Of a stretch of 44,700 nt of DNA, positions 27,090-37,876 are shown in pieces (within the stretch, counting starts at the first letter, position 1; each line of letters opens with the position of its first letter). This stretch comes from Leptospirales bacterium (lineage in GTDB: Bacteria; Spirochaetota; Leptospiria; Turneriellales; JAOUFE01), in assembly GCA_040326155.1 (NCBI GenBank), contig JBEQLE010000027.1:1-44700 (forward strand), read 5' to 3'. The position numbers and the translations under genes are program-made. The notes below the pieces were generated by a model, which worked only from the letters and a program-made list of their open reading frames with translations, was not told the DNA's origin and ran no database searches.

Positions 27090-30000
27090 ATGTTTATGAA
27101 AAAGAAAACGACCGACAAATTTCCAAACAACGGGCTCTATGACCCGCGTTACGAACACGATGCTTGTGGTGTTGGTTTCATAGCTCAGTTGCGCGGTGAA
27201 GCCTCCCATATGATTGTAAAAAAAGGCATTGAGATTCTGGAGAATCTTGATCACCGAGGCGCGGTAGGCGCCGAGAAAAACTCTGGTGATGGTGCAGGAA
27301 TGCTCTGCCAGATTCCCCATGACTTTTTTCGCAAAGAGTTTGATAAACAAGACCAGACCTTACCTGCTCCGGGTGAATATGGCGCGGGAATTCTTTTTCT
27401 GCCTCCTGAACCTTCTCAGAAAAAATGGGTTATCGAACGTTTTACTGCCATCGTGAAAGAGATGGGCCAGCGAATTATCCTCTGGCGTGATGTTCCCACA
27501 AACAATAATTCTCTGGGTAAAATGGTACGCGAAGTGGAACCGTCCATGGCACAGGTCTTCATTGCCCGTGGAGAAGATTGTGACGATGCCGATGCTTTTG
27601 AACGGCGACTCTATGTAATACATAAATATGCACAAAAAATGATTCGAGAAAGTGGCAAACCCGGATCTTCCTACTTTTATATTAGTTCCTTATCGTACAA
27701 GACCATTACTTATAAGGGGATGTTGACTACATCGCAGTTTCCTGACTATTTTCTAGATCTGAGCGATCCTGACTTTACATCACGCCTGGCGCTGGTTCAT
27801 AGTCGATTCTCGACCAATACTTTCCCCAGCTGGCCACTTGCTCAGCCGTTTCGTTATTTAGCTCACAACGGAGAAATTAACACCCTGCGCGGCAACGTAA
27901 ACTGGATGCGAGCGCGAGAGTCTATTTTCGAGTCGGACCTTTTTACACCCGACGAAATTGCAAAACTTTTACCTATTATCGACGACACCCAGTCTGACTC
28001 AGCTATTCTCGACAACGCTGTTGAGCTTCTGGTTCTGGCGGGACGTTCCCTGCCTCATGTTATGGCAATGCTCATTCCCGAAGCCTGGGCCGGCGATAGC
28101 GAAATGGAAGAAAAAAAGCGGGCTTTTTATGAGTATCACGCGACACTCATGGAGCCATGGGATGGTCCGGCTTCCATAGCGTTTACAGACGGTCATATAA
28201 TTGGCGCCACGCTGGATCGCAATGGCTTACGTCCTTCTCGTTATCAGGTGACCTACGACGGTATACTTGTAATGGCTTCCGAGGCAGGTGTCGTTTATTA
28301 CCCTCCCGAAGAGATTGAACACAAAGGATGGCTTCAACCGGGTCGTATGTTCGTCGCTTCCCTGGATGAGGGGCGTATTATCGATGATGGTGAAATTAAG
28401 AAAGAGCTCGCGTCTGCTCGTCCTTATGGCAAGTGGCTCGACAATGGAAAAATTGAGCTGGGTGCGCTGAATAGAGTTCCTTCGCCGCATCAGCCAGACC
28501 ACGATTCGCTGGTACATCGCCAGACCGTCTATGGGTATACCAAAGAAGATCTTCAGATTATTATTCGGCCAATGGCTGAAAATGGCGTAGAGCCGATCGG
28601 TTCTATGGGTAGCGACACACCGCTTGCGGTGTTGTCCGACCGGCCTGAAAATATTTTTAATTATTTCTATCAACTTTTTGCACAGGTAACGAACCCACCT
28701 ATTGATCCTATACGGGAAGCATCGGTGATGAGTCTTGTCAGCTTTATAGGTTCGCAAGGGCATCTTCTAAGCGAGACAGAAGAACATTGCCATGTCATTG
28801 AACTGCCTCATCCGGTAATCTCCAACGACGAACTCGAAAGGCTGCGCATGGTGGACCAGGCTCACTATCGCGCCCGTAACATTTCGACTGTTTTTGCCGC
28901 TGATGAGACCAAACCAGGCAGCCTGCAAAAGGCTCTGGAAGACATCTGCAAACAGGCTTCTAAAGGTGTGGCCGATGGATGCAATATTATTATTATCTCC
29001 GATCGAGACGCGGACAAAGTTCACTGTCCTATTCCGTCTCTTCTTGCGGTTTCTGCGGTTCACCATCACCTGATTCGGGAAGGAACCCGCGCCAGTGTTG
29101 GCATTATTGTGGAAACCGGCGCCGCCAGAGAAGTACACCATTTTGCGTTGCTGCTTGGTTATGGAGCTTCTGCCATAAATCCCTTTCTTGTTTTTGAAAC
29201 AATTGAGGACATGCGTTTAAGAGGTCAGCTTGGTGTTGCCCTGGAAGCGAAAGAGGCGCGTCGTAATTTCAAAAAAGCGGTATCGAAAGGTCTGCTTAAG
29301 ATTATGTCCAAGATGGGTATCTCTACCGTTCAGTCTTATATAGGCGCTCAGATTTTTGAAGCAGTAGGTCTTAGCCAGGAACTTATTGACGCTTATTTTT
29401 CCGGCACCGCTTCTCAAATTGGCGGCATTGGTATAAACGAAGTTGAACAAGAGAGTCTCAAACGGCATCATTATGCCTATCCTGACCAGACGCTCAGTGA
29501 GAATATACGACTGGAAGACGGCGGAATTTTTAAATGGCGTGCCAGAGGTGAAAGGCACACTTACTCACCCGATACCATCCATATGCTGCAGCAATCGACT
29601 CGCATGGGTGACTTTGAATTATTTAGTAAATATACAGATCTAATTAACCACGAAGCCGAAGAACACAACACCATAAGGGGTCTAATAGACTTTGTCGAAA
29701 CTACCCCCGTACCCATTGAAGAGGTCGAGTCTGAAGAAGAGATCGTGAAACGGTTTTTTACAGGCGCTATGAGCTTTGGTTCTATCAGCATCGAGGCCCA
29801 CGAAACTATTGCTATCGCCATGAACCGACTTGGTGGGCGTAGCAACACCGGCGAAGGCGGTGAAGATGTTAGCCGTTTTGAACCTCGCGCAAATGGCGAT
29901 TCTGCCCGCTCCGCGATTAAACAAGTCGCTTCAGGCCGCTTTGGCGTAACCTCCCATTATCTGGTCAATGCCGATGAAATTCAGATCAAGATGGCCCAGG

Positions 30001-31661
30001 GAGCGAAACCTGGTGAAGGTGGACATTTGCCGGGAGGTAAGGTCGATAAGATTATTGCCTCGGTACGTCACAGTACTCCTGGCGTCGGGCTAATCTCTCC
30101 ACCACCACACCATGATATTTATTCTATTGAAGATCTTGCACAGCTAATTTTTGACCTGAAAAATGCCAACGATAAGGCCCGAATTAACGTCAAATTGGTT
30201 TCTGAGGTTGGTGTAGGCACCATCGCAGCCGGTGTAGCCAAAGGTCATGCCGAAGCTGTTCTTATTTCTGGACACGACGGAGGCACGGGCGCTTCACCAC
30301 AAAGTTCTATTAAACATGCCGGGTTGCCATGGGAACTTGGACTGGCCGAAACACACCAGGTACTTATGCGCAATGACCTGCGTTCTCGCATTGTAGTTCA
30401 GACAGACGGTCGAATTATGTCAGGTAAAGACGTGGCTATAGCCACTTTATTAGGCGCCGAAGAGTGGGGCGCAGCCACATCAGCCCTTGTTGTAAGTGGT
30501 TGCATTATGATGCGCCAGTGCCAGCTGAATACCTGCCCTGTAGGCGTTGCTACGCAAGACCCGGAACTACGTAAAAATTTTCCCGGAAAACCGGAATACC
30601 TGGTAAACTACTTCATGTTTCTGGCTCGCCAAATGCGTCAGCTTATGGCCCAACTGGGTTTTAAAACTGTAAATGAAATGGTGGGTCGTTCCGACTTGCT
30701 TAAGAAAAGAGAGAATGTAGAACACTGGAAAGCGAAACATTTGAATCTCGATAAATTGCTGGCCCGGGCTACGTCGCCAAATTGCACTGCTTACCAGACA
30801 GAAGCACAAGATTTCGGACTGGAAAAGGCAGTCGATCATCAGTTGATAGCGATGGCAAAGTCGGCCCTTAAAGATGGAGCCAAAGTAAAAGGTGAGATTA
30901 CTGTACGTAACGTCCAGAGGACAGTTGGCGGCATGCTTTCTGCTGAAGTGTCGCGCGCTTTCGGCGGACAGGGGTTACCCGACGACACGATTTATTTTAA
31001 ACTCGATGGCTCTATTGGACAGAGTTTCGCAGCCTTTGGTGCCAAAGGTATAACCTTCGAAATAGAAGGAGAGGCCAACGATTATTTCGGTAAAGGTCTA
31101 TCCGGAGCAAAACTAATTTTATATCCCCCTAAAGAGTCAACATTTGACCCGCATACCAATGTAATTGTAGGTAACGTCGCCTTTTATGGCGCAACATCGG
31201 GTGAAGCTTATATTCGAGGAGTGGGTGGTGAACGTTTTTGCGTACGCAATTCGGGCGCCCAGGTTGTCGTGGAACAAGTGGGAGACAACGGTTGCGAATA
31301 TATGACCGGCGGCCGGGTGGTCATTCTTGGCCCTGTCGGTAAAAACTTTGCCGCAGGCATGAGCGGGGGCATCGCCTATCTTCTCGATATTGATGAAAAA
31401 TCACGAGGACGTATTAATATAGACATGGTCGCCATTGAAGCCCTGGTTGACCAGAAAGAGATCAGTGAAGTTCGCAGTATGATCGAGCGCCATGTGGAAT
31501 ATACAGGTAGCCGCAGCGCCAAAGCGCTTCTCGACAACTGGAACCCTGGTCGTATTACAAAAGTAATGCCCCGCGATTATAAGCGAGCTCTGGCTGATCT
31601 TGCAGCTGAAGCGGTAGGAAAAAAGATCGAAAGAGCGTCCGTGCGGCAAGAGCCTCTTTAA
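27090..31661 (+). CDS. gltB: Glutamate synthase large subunit
   Basis: EHDA-CGVGF Ntn cysteine, HSRFSTNT, HNGEINT, QIKMAQGAKPGEGG, CIMMRQCQLNTCPVG 3Fe-4S motif, C-terminal GXGXG repeats. Confidence 0.98.
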   Translation: MFMKKKTTDKFPNNGLYDPRYEHDACGVGFIAQLRGEASHMIVKKGIEILENLDHRGAVGAEKNSGDGAGMLCQIPHDFFRKEFDKQDQTLPAPGEYGAGILFLPPEPSQKKWVIERFTAIVKEMGQRIILWRDVPTNNNSLGKMVREVEPSMAQVFIARGEDCDDADAFERRLYVIHKYAQKMIRESGKPGSSYFYISSLSYKTITYKGMLTTSQFPDYFLDLSDPDFTSRLALVHSRFSTNTFPSWPLAQPFRYLAHNGEINTLRGNVNWMRARESIFESDLFTPDEIAKLLPIIDDTQSDSAILDNAVELLVLAGRSLPHVMAMLIPEAWAGDSEMEEKKRAFYEYHATLMEPWDGPASIAFTDGHIIGATLDRNGLRPSRYQVTYDGILVMASEAGVVYYPPEEIEHKGWLQPGRMFVASLDEGRIIDDGEIKKELASARPYGKWLDNGKIELGALNRVPSPHQPDHDSLVHRQTVYGYTKEDLQIIIRPMAENGVEPIGSMGSDTPLAVLSDRPENIFNYFYQLFAQVTNPPIDPIREASVMSLVSFIGSQGHLLSETEEHCHVIELPHPVISNDELERLRMVDQAHYRARNISTVFAADETKPGSLQKALEDICKQASKGVADGCNIIIISDRDADKVHCPIPSLLAVSAVHHHLIREGTRASVGIIVETGAAREVHHFALLLGYGASAINPFLVFETIEDMRLRGQLGVALEAKEARRNFKKAVSKGLLKIMSKMGISTVQSYIGAQIFEAVGLSQELIDAYFSGTASQIGGIGINEVEQESLKRHHYAYPDQTLSENIRLEDGGIFKWRARGERHTYSPDTIHMLQQSTRMGDFELFSKYTDLINHEAEEHNTIRGLIDFVETTPVPIEEVESEEEIVKRFFTGAMSFGSISIEAHETIAIAMNRLGGRSNTGEGGEDVSRFEPRANGDSARSAIKQVASGRFGVTSHYLVNADEIQIKMAQGAKPGEGGHLPGGKVDKIIASVRHSTPGVGLISPPPHHDIYSIEDLAQLIFDLKNANDKARINVKLVSEVGVGTIAAGVAKGHAEAVLISGHDGGTGASPQSSIKHAGLPWELGLAETHQVLMRNDLRSRIVVQTDGRIMSGKDVAIATLLGAEEWGAATSALVVSGCIMMRQCQLNTCPVGVATQDPELRKNFPGKPEYLVNYFMFLARQMRQLMAQLGFKTVNEMVGRSDLLKKRENVEHWKAKHLNLDKLLARATSPNCTAYQTEAQDFGLEKAVDHQLIAMAKSALKDGAKVKGEITVRNVQRTVGGMLSAEVSRAFGGQGLPDDTIYFKLDGSIGQSFAAFGAKGITFEIEGEANDYFGKGLSGAKLILYPPKESTFDPHTNVIVGNVAFYGATSGEAYIRGVGGERFCVRNSGAQVVVEQVGDNGCEYMTGGRVVILGPVGKNFAAGMSGGIAYLLDIDEKSRGRINIDMVAIEALVDQKEISEVRSMIERHVEYTGSRSAKALLDNWNPGRITKVMPRDYKRALADLAAEAVGKKIERASVRQEPL

Positions 31662-31674
31662 GGAAGATTGAGTT

Positions 31675-33123
31675 ATGGGTAAACAAGGAAAATTCATGAA
31701 CACCGATCGGGTGACGCCATCCTACAAGGCAGTGGAAGAGCGAATTAAGGGCTTTAACGAATTTCTTATTCCTCTGAAAAAAGAAGAGGTGCAAGAACAA
31801 GGCGCTCGCTGCATGGATTGTGGAACCCCCTTTTGCCACCCCAGCTGCCCACTGCACAATTTAATACCTGAATTTAACGACAATGTCTGCAATAATAAAT
31901 GGGAAGAAGCCTATAATAACCTGATCTGGACCAACTCTTTTCCTGAATTCACTGGTCGTATTTGCCCCGCTCCCTGCGAGTCTGGGTGTGTACTTGGGTT
32001 AATAAAAGATCCCGTGACTATTAAAAATGTTGAATACTCTATTATCGAACGCGCTTTCTCTTCTGGTCTGGTAAAACCCCAACCTCCGAAAGAACGATCG
32101 GGTAAGAAGGTGGCGGTGGTTGGTTCCGGTCCCGCCGGGCTTGCAGCGGCTGACCAGCTAAACAAAGCGGGCCACGAGGTCACACTTTATGAACGGGCTG
32201 ATCGTATCGGCGGTCTGTTGCAGTATGGTATTCCCAACTTCAAGCTTGAAAAAAATATCATAGATCGACGTGTCGATGTTATGAAGGCCGAAGGTATAAC
32301 ATTTACCACCAATGCAAATATCGGGGTCGATATCGCAATCGAGAAATTACAAAAAGAGAATGATGCCGTAGTTTTAACCTGTGGCTCCACCATTCCCCGT
32401 GACCTGCCCATTCCGGGTAGGGACGCAAATGGTGTACACTTTGCCATGGAATTTTTGACCCAGAGTACAAAGCGAGTGCATGGGGACGACATTCCAAAAG
32501 ACGAAATTATATTTGCTAAAGATAAACATGTTCTGGTAATCGGCGGCGGCGACACGGGTTCAGACTGTGTCGGAACATCCATTCGACAGGGAGCAGCGTC
32601 CGTAACCCAGATTGAACTTATGCCAAAACCAGCTGAGGGTCGCACAGACCAGACACCATGGCCTACTCATCCAGGGCCGCGCATGTTTTCCACCTCCTCG
32701 TCGCAACAAGAAGGGTGCGAACGCGAATGGTCTATTCTCTCTAAAGAATTCGTTAAAGACGATTCCGGAAAACTCATCGGTGTAAAGGCCGTTTCCATCG
32801 AATGGAAACCGGATAACTCTTTTACAGAAATTGAAGGAACCGAAAAAACATATCAAGTAGATCTGGCTTTTCTGGCCATGGGTTTTTTACATCCTGACCA
32901 TGGCGGTCCAGTCGCAGAGCTTTCTCTCGATACGGACAAACGCGGTAACGTGGCCACCGATCAACAATACCGAACTTCCGTCGATGGAGTTTTTGCCGCC
33001 GGTGACATGCGTCGCGGTCAATCTCTGGTCGTCTGGGCCATCTCCGAAGGAAGAGAGTGCGCCAGAGCTGTCGATAGTTACCTGATCGGTGGCGTCAGTA
33101 GATTGGCTACAAAAGCAAAATAA
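31675..33123 (+). CDS. gltD: Glutamate synthase small subunit
   Basis: RCMDCGTPFC..CP, GRICPAPCE, GSGPAG, GGGDTGSDC, AGDMRRGQSLVVWAI. Confidence 0.97.
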   Translation: MGKQGKFMNTDRVTPSYKAVEERIKGFNEFLIPLKKEEVQEQGARCMDCGTPFCHPSCPLHNLIPEFNDNVCNNKWEEAYNNLIWTNSFPEFTGRICPAPCESGCVLGLIKDPVTIKNVEYSIIERAFSSGLVKPQPPKERSGKKVAVVGSGPAGLAAADQLNKAGHEVTLYERADRIGGLLQYGIPNFKLEKNIIDRRVDVMKAEGITFTTNANIGVDIAIEKLQKENDAVVLTCGSTIPRDLPIPGRDANGVHFAMEFLTQSTKRVHGDDIPKDEIIFAKDKHVLVIGGGDTGSDCVGTSIRQGAASVTQIELMPKPAEGRTDQTPWPTHPGPRMFSTSSSQQEGCEREWSILSKEFVKDDSGKLIGVKAVSIEWKPDNSFTEIEGTEKTYQVDLAFLAMGFLHPDHGGPVAELSLDTDKRGNVATDQQYRTSVDGVFAAGDMRRGQSLVVWAISEGRECARAVDSYLIGGVSRLATKAK

Positions 33124-33220
33124 AAATACCCTCTTATTGCCGTCGACGCTGGTTCCTAAAACTACTTTACAAATAAAGTCTGAAAGCGTATTTACAACAA
33201 AATATGTATCGGAGACTTGT

Positions 33221-34228
33221 ATGTACACACCGCGTAGCTCATTGTTATTTATTACCATTTTGTTAACATTTTCAACCTTCATTTTTGTTGCCTGTGACGA
33301 ACCGGGAAAACAAATCGGCGAAAATAACTCCAGCGGTAATTTAGAACAAGAGGTCACTTTACATATGAACGATAAACTGCGCAGCCATGTACATTACCTT
33401 GCCGAAGAAATTGGTCCAAGAAGTACGGCGGAGACTCTCTCGAAAGTAGCAACCTATATTAAGAATGAACTGAAAAACCACGGCATAGAACCGGCGACCC
33501 AGGAATATCTTGTAAACGGGGAGACCTATGAAAATATTTATCTGCAAATTCCGGGAAAAAACCGGAAATTACCCGCAATTGTTATCGGGGCTCATTATGA
33601 TTCCTGGAAAGGAACGCCGGGCGCAGACGATAACGCTTCGGGTGTAGCCGTTTTACTTGAACTTGCAAAAAAACTCAACTCACAACAAATGAATCGAAAT
33701 ATCTACCTTGTCTTTTTTACATTGGAAGAACCTCCGAATTTTCGCTCTGACCGAATGGGTAGTTATAAATTTGCCCAGATGTTGAAAAATAAAAACATCG
33801 ATCTGTATTTTATGGCCTCACTTGAAATGCTGGGGTATTACAGCGAAAAAAAGATTCAAACTTACCCCGATAAACGAATGTTGAAAACATACCCCGCAGA
33901 AGGAAATTTTGTTGCCGTTGTAGCGAATCCGAAATCGGGGAATATTGCCAAAACCTTTTTCGGGGCTTTTAAAAAGAACCTTACTTTTGACGCTCAGATT
34001 TTAATCGCTCCCGGTAGATTACAAGGAGTCGACGCTTCCGATCATCTCTCTTTCTGGCGGTCAGGTTACCCTGCAATTATGGTTACCGACACAGCTTTTT
34101 TTCGCAATAAAAATTATCATAGATCGGGCGATACTGTCGATACGCTGAATTATGAAAAAATGGGTGAAGTTGTAAACGGTTTATATGGAACACTGCTTGA
34201 ACTTGCTGAGACGACCACTGCCAAATAA
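33221..34228 (+). CDS. M28-family metallopeptidase, probable lipoprotein
   Basis: GAHYD, PGADDNASG, FTLEE, SLEMLG, SDH, YH. GGAG RBS at 33211 and FVA-C lipobox favour ATG 33221. Confidence 0.9.
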   Translation: MYTPRSSLLFITILLTFSTFIFVACDEPGKQIGENNSSGNLEQEVTLHMNDKLRSHVHYLAEEIGPRSTAETLSKVATYIKNELKNHGIEPATQEYLVNGETYENIYLQIPGKNRKLPAIVIGAHYDSWKGTPGADDNASGVAVLLELAKKLNSQQMNRNIYLVFFTLEEPPNFRSDRMGSYKFAQMLKNKNIDLYFMASLEMLGYYSEKKIQTYPDKRMLKTYPAEGNFVAVVANPKSGNIAKTFFGAFKKNLTFDAQILIAPGRLQGVDASDHLSFWRSGYPAIMVTDTAFFRNKNYHRSGDTVDTLNYEKMGEVVNGLYGTLLELAETTTAK

Positions 34229-34258
34229 GACTGTATTTGAAATCCGTTTTTAAAAGGT

Positions 34259-34669
34259 TTATGGTTGCAGGTTGCGGTAATGTTGAATTCTCTCTTCGAC
34301 ATCAATAGGTTTATCATTTAAATGCCGCCAGAAAGTATCAATAATAATTGCCATTTTTGCATCTTTCGATTCAATACCGGCCGAATCGAAGAATTCCAAC
34401 AGTTCAGCGTCGCCTTTTACAATCCAATGCCTTTTAATGTATCGGCCAATGGTAAAATGAAATTTAACAAGCTCATTTTTATCGGTAGACTTTACTTCCT
34501 CAAGTTCATCCGGCTGAAGATGAAGCTCTAATAAGGCCCAGCACTGTTCCAGATTTTTCGGTTTTTCATGTGACGAAACTTTTATTATAAACTGGGTTAA
34601 AAGTATTGCAAAAATTGGTACAAACATCAATAGAAGCGCAACTTTAGATTTTTTGAATACATTAGGCAT
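34259..34669 (-). CDS. Membrane-anchored hypothetical protein (DUF6794-like)
   Basis: N-terminal TM. PKNLEQC..LL, HF.IG.YI..HW and GI....M..II...W.HLN pattern. Confidence 0.6.
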   Translation of the reverse strand: MPNVFKKSKVALLLMFVPIFAILLTQFIIKVSSHEKPKNLEQCWALLELHLQPDELEEVKSTDKNELVKFHFTIGRYIKRHWIVKGDAELLEFFDSAGIESKDAKMAIIIDTFWRHLNDKPIDVEERIQHYRNLQP

Positions 34670-34862
34670 AAGGTCTCCAGTTAAGACCAGTAGATAATAA
34701 AGTAACAGAATGTAAATTTACTATTTTATCGTTTAGCCGGGCAATATCTCTTTTCTGACCTGTTTTTCGATAGAAATGAAGTCATTTAAGCCTTGACAAT
34801 CGGTACTTTTTACAAAAACATAACCATCGTTTGAACATATATAAAGAAGTGTCGGTGGTATC

Positions 34863-35984
34863 ATGAAACAGTTATTTACAATCTCTATATTTTTATTTTG
34901 CTTTTTATTTACTCAGGAACTTTTGCCTGTTTCAAAGAAAAAAGTTCTGGTAATGACTTTTAAAAATATTGAAGATAAAAAAAGTTATGAATACCTCGAA
35001 CCTTCCATAACAGATACAGTCTCCGCAAGATTGAAAAAAGAGTTTGTATTTTCCTTATTCGATGAGAAGGAGTGGAAAACCCTGGCGAAGAAGAATTTCT
35101 TTTTTGAGGACAGCTTTCATACTCCAACAATTGGAATGCAGCTTGGTCTGTTGGGCAAACAAGACATCGTTATTGGCGGTGGCTATATAATTCGGGGTAA
35201 TAAAATTATAACGAAAGTTTTTATTTTAGGCATTGCTAAAAGAGAAATCTTAAAAGAGTTTGAAATTGTGGGGTATGCCGACAACCGAATCTGGACTACG
35301 GTAACAAAAATCGCGAATACCATTGCAACGATCGCTAAAGACGTTTTACCGAATGATAATGAGTGGAGTTCCATAGCCATCTCGGGAAAAAATCAGATAA
35401 GTTTAACGGGGGGTTTAGTACCCATTGCTTTTCCCGCAGCAAGAACCGCTCCACTTCCGAGTAATGAAGCTTTTTCCGTAAACCCGAACGACTTTCCTTT
35501 AATCTGGGCCTTTTCGGTCGATTATAGTCGATTTGGTGTCTGGCTGGACAATTTTATAATCTGGGGAAATTTCACTTATGGTCTGGGAAGCACTGAATTT
35601 GCAGCCGAAGGGCATAACCCGAGTTTATCTACAGTGGGAGGAACCTTAAGCTTTTACCACGCTACTGTCGGCGTCGGGTATCGCTTTCTTTCTAAAAAGA
35701 GTTTTTATTTATCAGGCAGGTTAGGAACCGGTTATTATATTTCCACTACGACTCTCGATTTTTCCACGTTGTCGAACCCTCCGAGCTCATTAGATGGCGC
35801 AAAAGATTTAAGTAATATTCAGTCTAGTAGCACGGGAGTGTCTACGAACCTTGACTTTTTAATCGGTTACCAGTTGTTGCCATGGATGACGGTTGAAATT
35901 AAAAGTCAATACCAACATATCTTTTTTAAGGATTATGATTTTGGGCAAATTGGTTTCTCCTTAATAACCGGCTTTAAATTTTAA
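34863..35984 (+). CDS. Probable outer-membrane protein (N-terminal CsgG/TolB-N-like domain plus C-terminal beta-barrel)
   Basis: Signal peptide, VLVMTFKN..D...Y.YL..SI.D motif, alternating beta-strands, terminal GFKF. Confidence 0.6.
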   Translation: MKQLFTISIFLFCFLFTQELLPVSKKKVLVMTFKNIEDKKSYEYLEPSITDTVSARLKKEFVFSLFDEKEWKTLAKKNFFFEDSFHTPTIGMQLGLLGKQDIVIGGGYIIRGNKIITKVFILGIAKREILKEFEIVGYADNRIWTTVTKIANTIATIAKDVLPNDNEWSSIAISGKNQISLTGGLVPIAFPAARTAPLPSNEAFSVNPNDFPLIWAFSVDYSRFGVWLDNFIIWGNFTYGLGSTEFAAEGHNPSLSTVGGTLSFYHATVGVGYRFLSKKSFYLSGRLGTGYYISTTTLDFSTLSNPPSSLDGAKDLSNIQSSSTGVSTNLDFLIGYQLLPWMTVEIKSQYQHIFFKDYDFGQIGFSLITGFKF

Positions 35985-36017
35985 TTTAGCAGGTTATATT
36001 GTCGGCAGTGGTCGAAA

Positions 36018-36821
36018 ATGAATTTGAAAATAAAAAAAGATATAGATCAATTCAAAATTCCCTGGTATAAGGTTGTCTTTAATCCTTTTATTATTTTTCT
36101 TGGGAAACGAAAAATTCAAAAGAACTTTCATAAACCTCCTGTTGTTATTGGCGGGTGTGACCGTTCGGGAACAACCTTGATGATTTCCATACTGGGAGCC
36201 CATCCCCATATTTTCGCCTATCCAAAAGAAAATGGAGTTTTTCTAAACTGGGTCGAAAAAGAAGGAGACAAAGTTCCGCTCCGTCTGGACAGGTTATATA
36301 GAGAAATTATTGGTCGAAAAATACCGCAGTCGGCAAACCGTTACTGCCACAAGAACCCCGCAAATATTTTGCACATTCGTGAAATACTCGACTTTTATAG
36401 CGACAACGTTAAAATTATACAGATGGTGCGAGATGGCAGAGATGTCGTCACCAGCGTCCACCCGAGCAAACCGGACAGTTACTGGGTTTCCGTTGAAAAA
36501 TGGGTTCGCGATGTAAAAGCGGGAATTGATTTTTACAATCATCCGAATATACACACCGTTCGTTATGAAGATTTGACCGAAAATCCGAATAAGGTAATTC
36601 AAGAACTCTGTAAATTTCTGGATGAACCGGTGTTAGATGAAATTATCAACTGGTCAGACAATACAAACCTGGTAAAAAGCAATGCATGGTTTCACCAGGC
36701 AAAACAGATACATAAAAACTCAGTTAAAAAATGGGAAAAACCGGAACATAAAGAGCGACTGAAAGAATTTATGAATAATAAAGAGGCGGTCTCTCTATTA
36801 AAAAAACTTGCTTATTTGTAA
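36018..36821 (+). CDS. Sulfotransferase family protein
   Basis: IGGCDRSGTTLM..IL.AHP (5'-PSB), HKNP, MVRDGRDV..S (3'-PB), VRYEDL. Confidence 0.9.
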   Translation: MNLKIKKDIDQFKIPWYKVVFNPFIIFLGKRKIQKNFHKPPVVIGGCDRSGTTLMISILGAHPHIFAYPKENGVFLNWVEKEGDKVPLRLDRLYREIIGRKIPQSANRYCHKNPANILHIREILDFYSDNVKIIQMVRDGRDVVTSVHPSKPDSYWVSVEKWVRDVKAGIDFYNHPNIHTVRYEDLTENPNKVIQELCKFLDEPVLDEIINWSDNTNLVKSNAWFHQAKQIHKNSVKKWEKPEHKERLKEFMNNKEAVSLLKKLAYL

Positions 36822-36886
36822 GCGTTTTTTGCAGTAAACAAATAGGCAGTTTCGTCTTATGTGAATAAGCTACAAAGGATGGGTAT

Positions 36887-37195
36887 ATGATAAAAGCAGT
36901 TTGGAACAATGTTGTGATCGCCGAGGCGAGAAAGACGGAGATGGTAGAAAATAATCACTACTTTCCTCCTGAGTCATTAAAACAAGAGTACTTTGAATCG
37001 GGGTTAATAAAAACTACATGTCCCTGGAAAGGGGTGGCCAGTTATTATGATATCATTGTAAATGGGGAAAGGAATGAGTCAGGCGCATGGTATTATCCAG
37101 AACCCAAAAAAGAGGCTTCCAACATTAAGGGTTATGTTGCGTTTTGGCAGGGTGTTGAAATTGTCGAAGATTCCGAATTTGATTCCAGGTTTTAA
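36887..37195 (+). CDS. DUF427 domain protein
   Basis: VE.NHYFP, TTCPWKG.ASYY, AWYYPEPK, VAFW.GV. Confidence 0.9.
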   Translation: MIKAVWNNVVIAEARKTEMVENNHYFPPESLKQEYFESGLIKTTCPWKGVASYYDIIVNGERNESGAWYYPEPKKEASNIKGYVAFWQGVEIVEDSEFDSRF

Positions 37196-37767
37196 GAATC
37201 CAGGTAGTCGCTGTGTAATCTCCAGTGTATCATTATCACCAGAATTATAAGACGATCTATCAATAAATTGAATTTTTCAATTTCTTCATACGACAGTTCA
37301 CTATCACTTAAAGAAGAGCGAATTTCAGCTAAAAGCGCTTGAAAAATTTTGTCGTACTCTTTTTTCCAAAGTTTAAATTCGGAGAATTGCGATAACCTGA
37401 TTTCACTTAATTTTCCCGATATGGTATATTTGTACCCTTCCTGGTATATTTTGTAGTTGTAATCATGGTCCAGGCTAAATGCCGAGACGATATCTTTGGG
37501 GTGATTTTTCATATGTAAGTAAAGGCGCATTGAAACAAGAACCTGATGCAGTGAAATTAAAGATTTGAGAATGGTCACTTTCTCCTGTCCTATCAGTTTA
37601 TTATCATTCAATAGCGCTTTATCATAGCACGCTGCAACTTTACCGTTCCATTGAACAGCCTTTTGTATCAGCTCTGAAAGGCTATGAGATTGTTGATCTT
37701 TTCGCGATAGTTTACCGCGAGCAAGAAAAATGCCGTCATCTTTAATTTCAAGTTCAAAAGAATCCAT
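37192..37767 (-). CDS. Hypothetical protein
   Basis: 191-aa ORF with GAGG RBS filling the gap. No recognised motif. Confidence 0.6.
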   Translation of the reverse strand: MDSFELEIKDDGIFLARGKLSRKDQQSHSLSELIQKAVQWNGKVAACYDKALLNDNKLIGQEKVTILKSLISLHQVLVSMRLYLHMKNHPKDIVSAFSLDHDYNYKIYQEGYKYTISGKLSEIRLSQFSEFKLWKKEYDKIFQALLAEIRSSLSDSELSYEEIEKFNLLIDRLIILVIMIHWRLHSDYLDS

Positions 37768-37876
37768 TCTATTATAACCTCTAGTTATTGTTTTGCGTAT
37801 TGGAATGGTGTAAATGTATTTTTATGTAAAAGTAAAAAAATTGTGTTCCCGGTAAATGGTTATTATAGAATTGTGC

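Noticed and set aside
26872..27350. Minus-strand ORFs over the gltB leader and start
   Set aside because: Antisense shadows of gltB and its leader, with no motifs.
33089..33220. N-terminal extension of the M28 peptidase ORF
   Set aside because: It overlaps the gltD end. RBS and lipoprotein signal fit ATG 33221.
22858..33357. Numerous short antisense or off-frame ORFs inside atpA/B/D and gltBD
   Set aside because: Expected shadow ORFs of long, more GC-rich genes.
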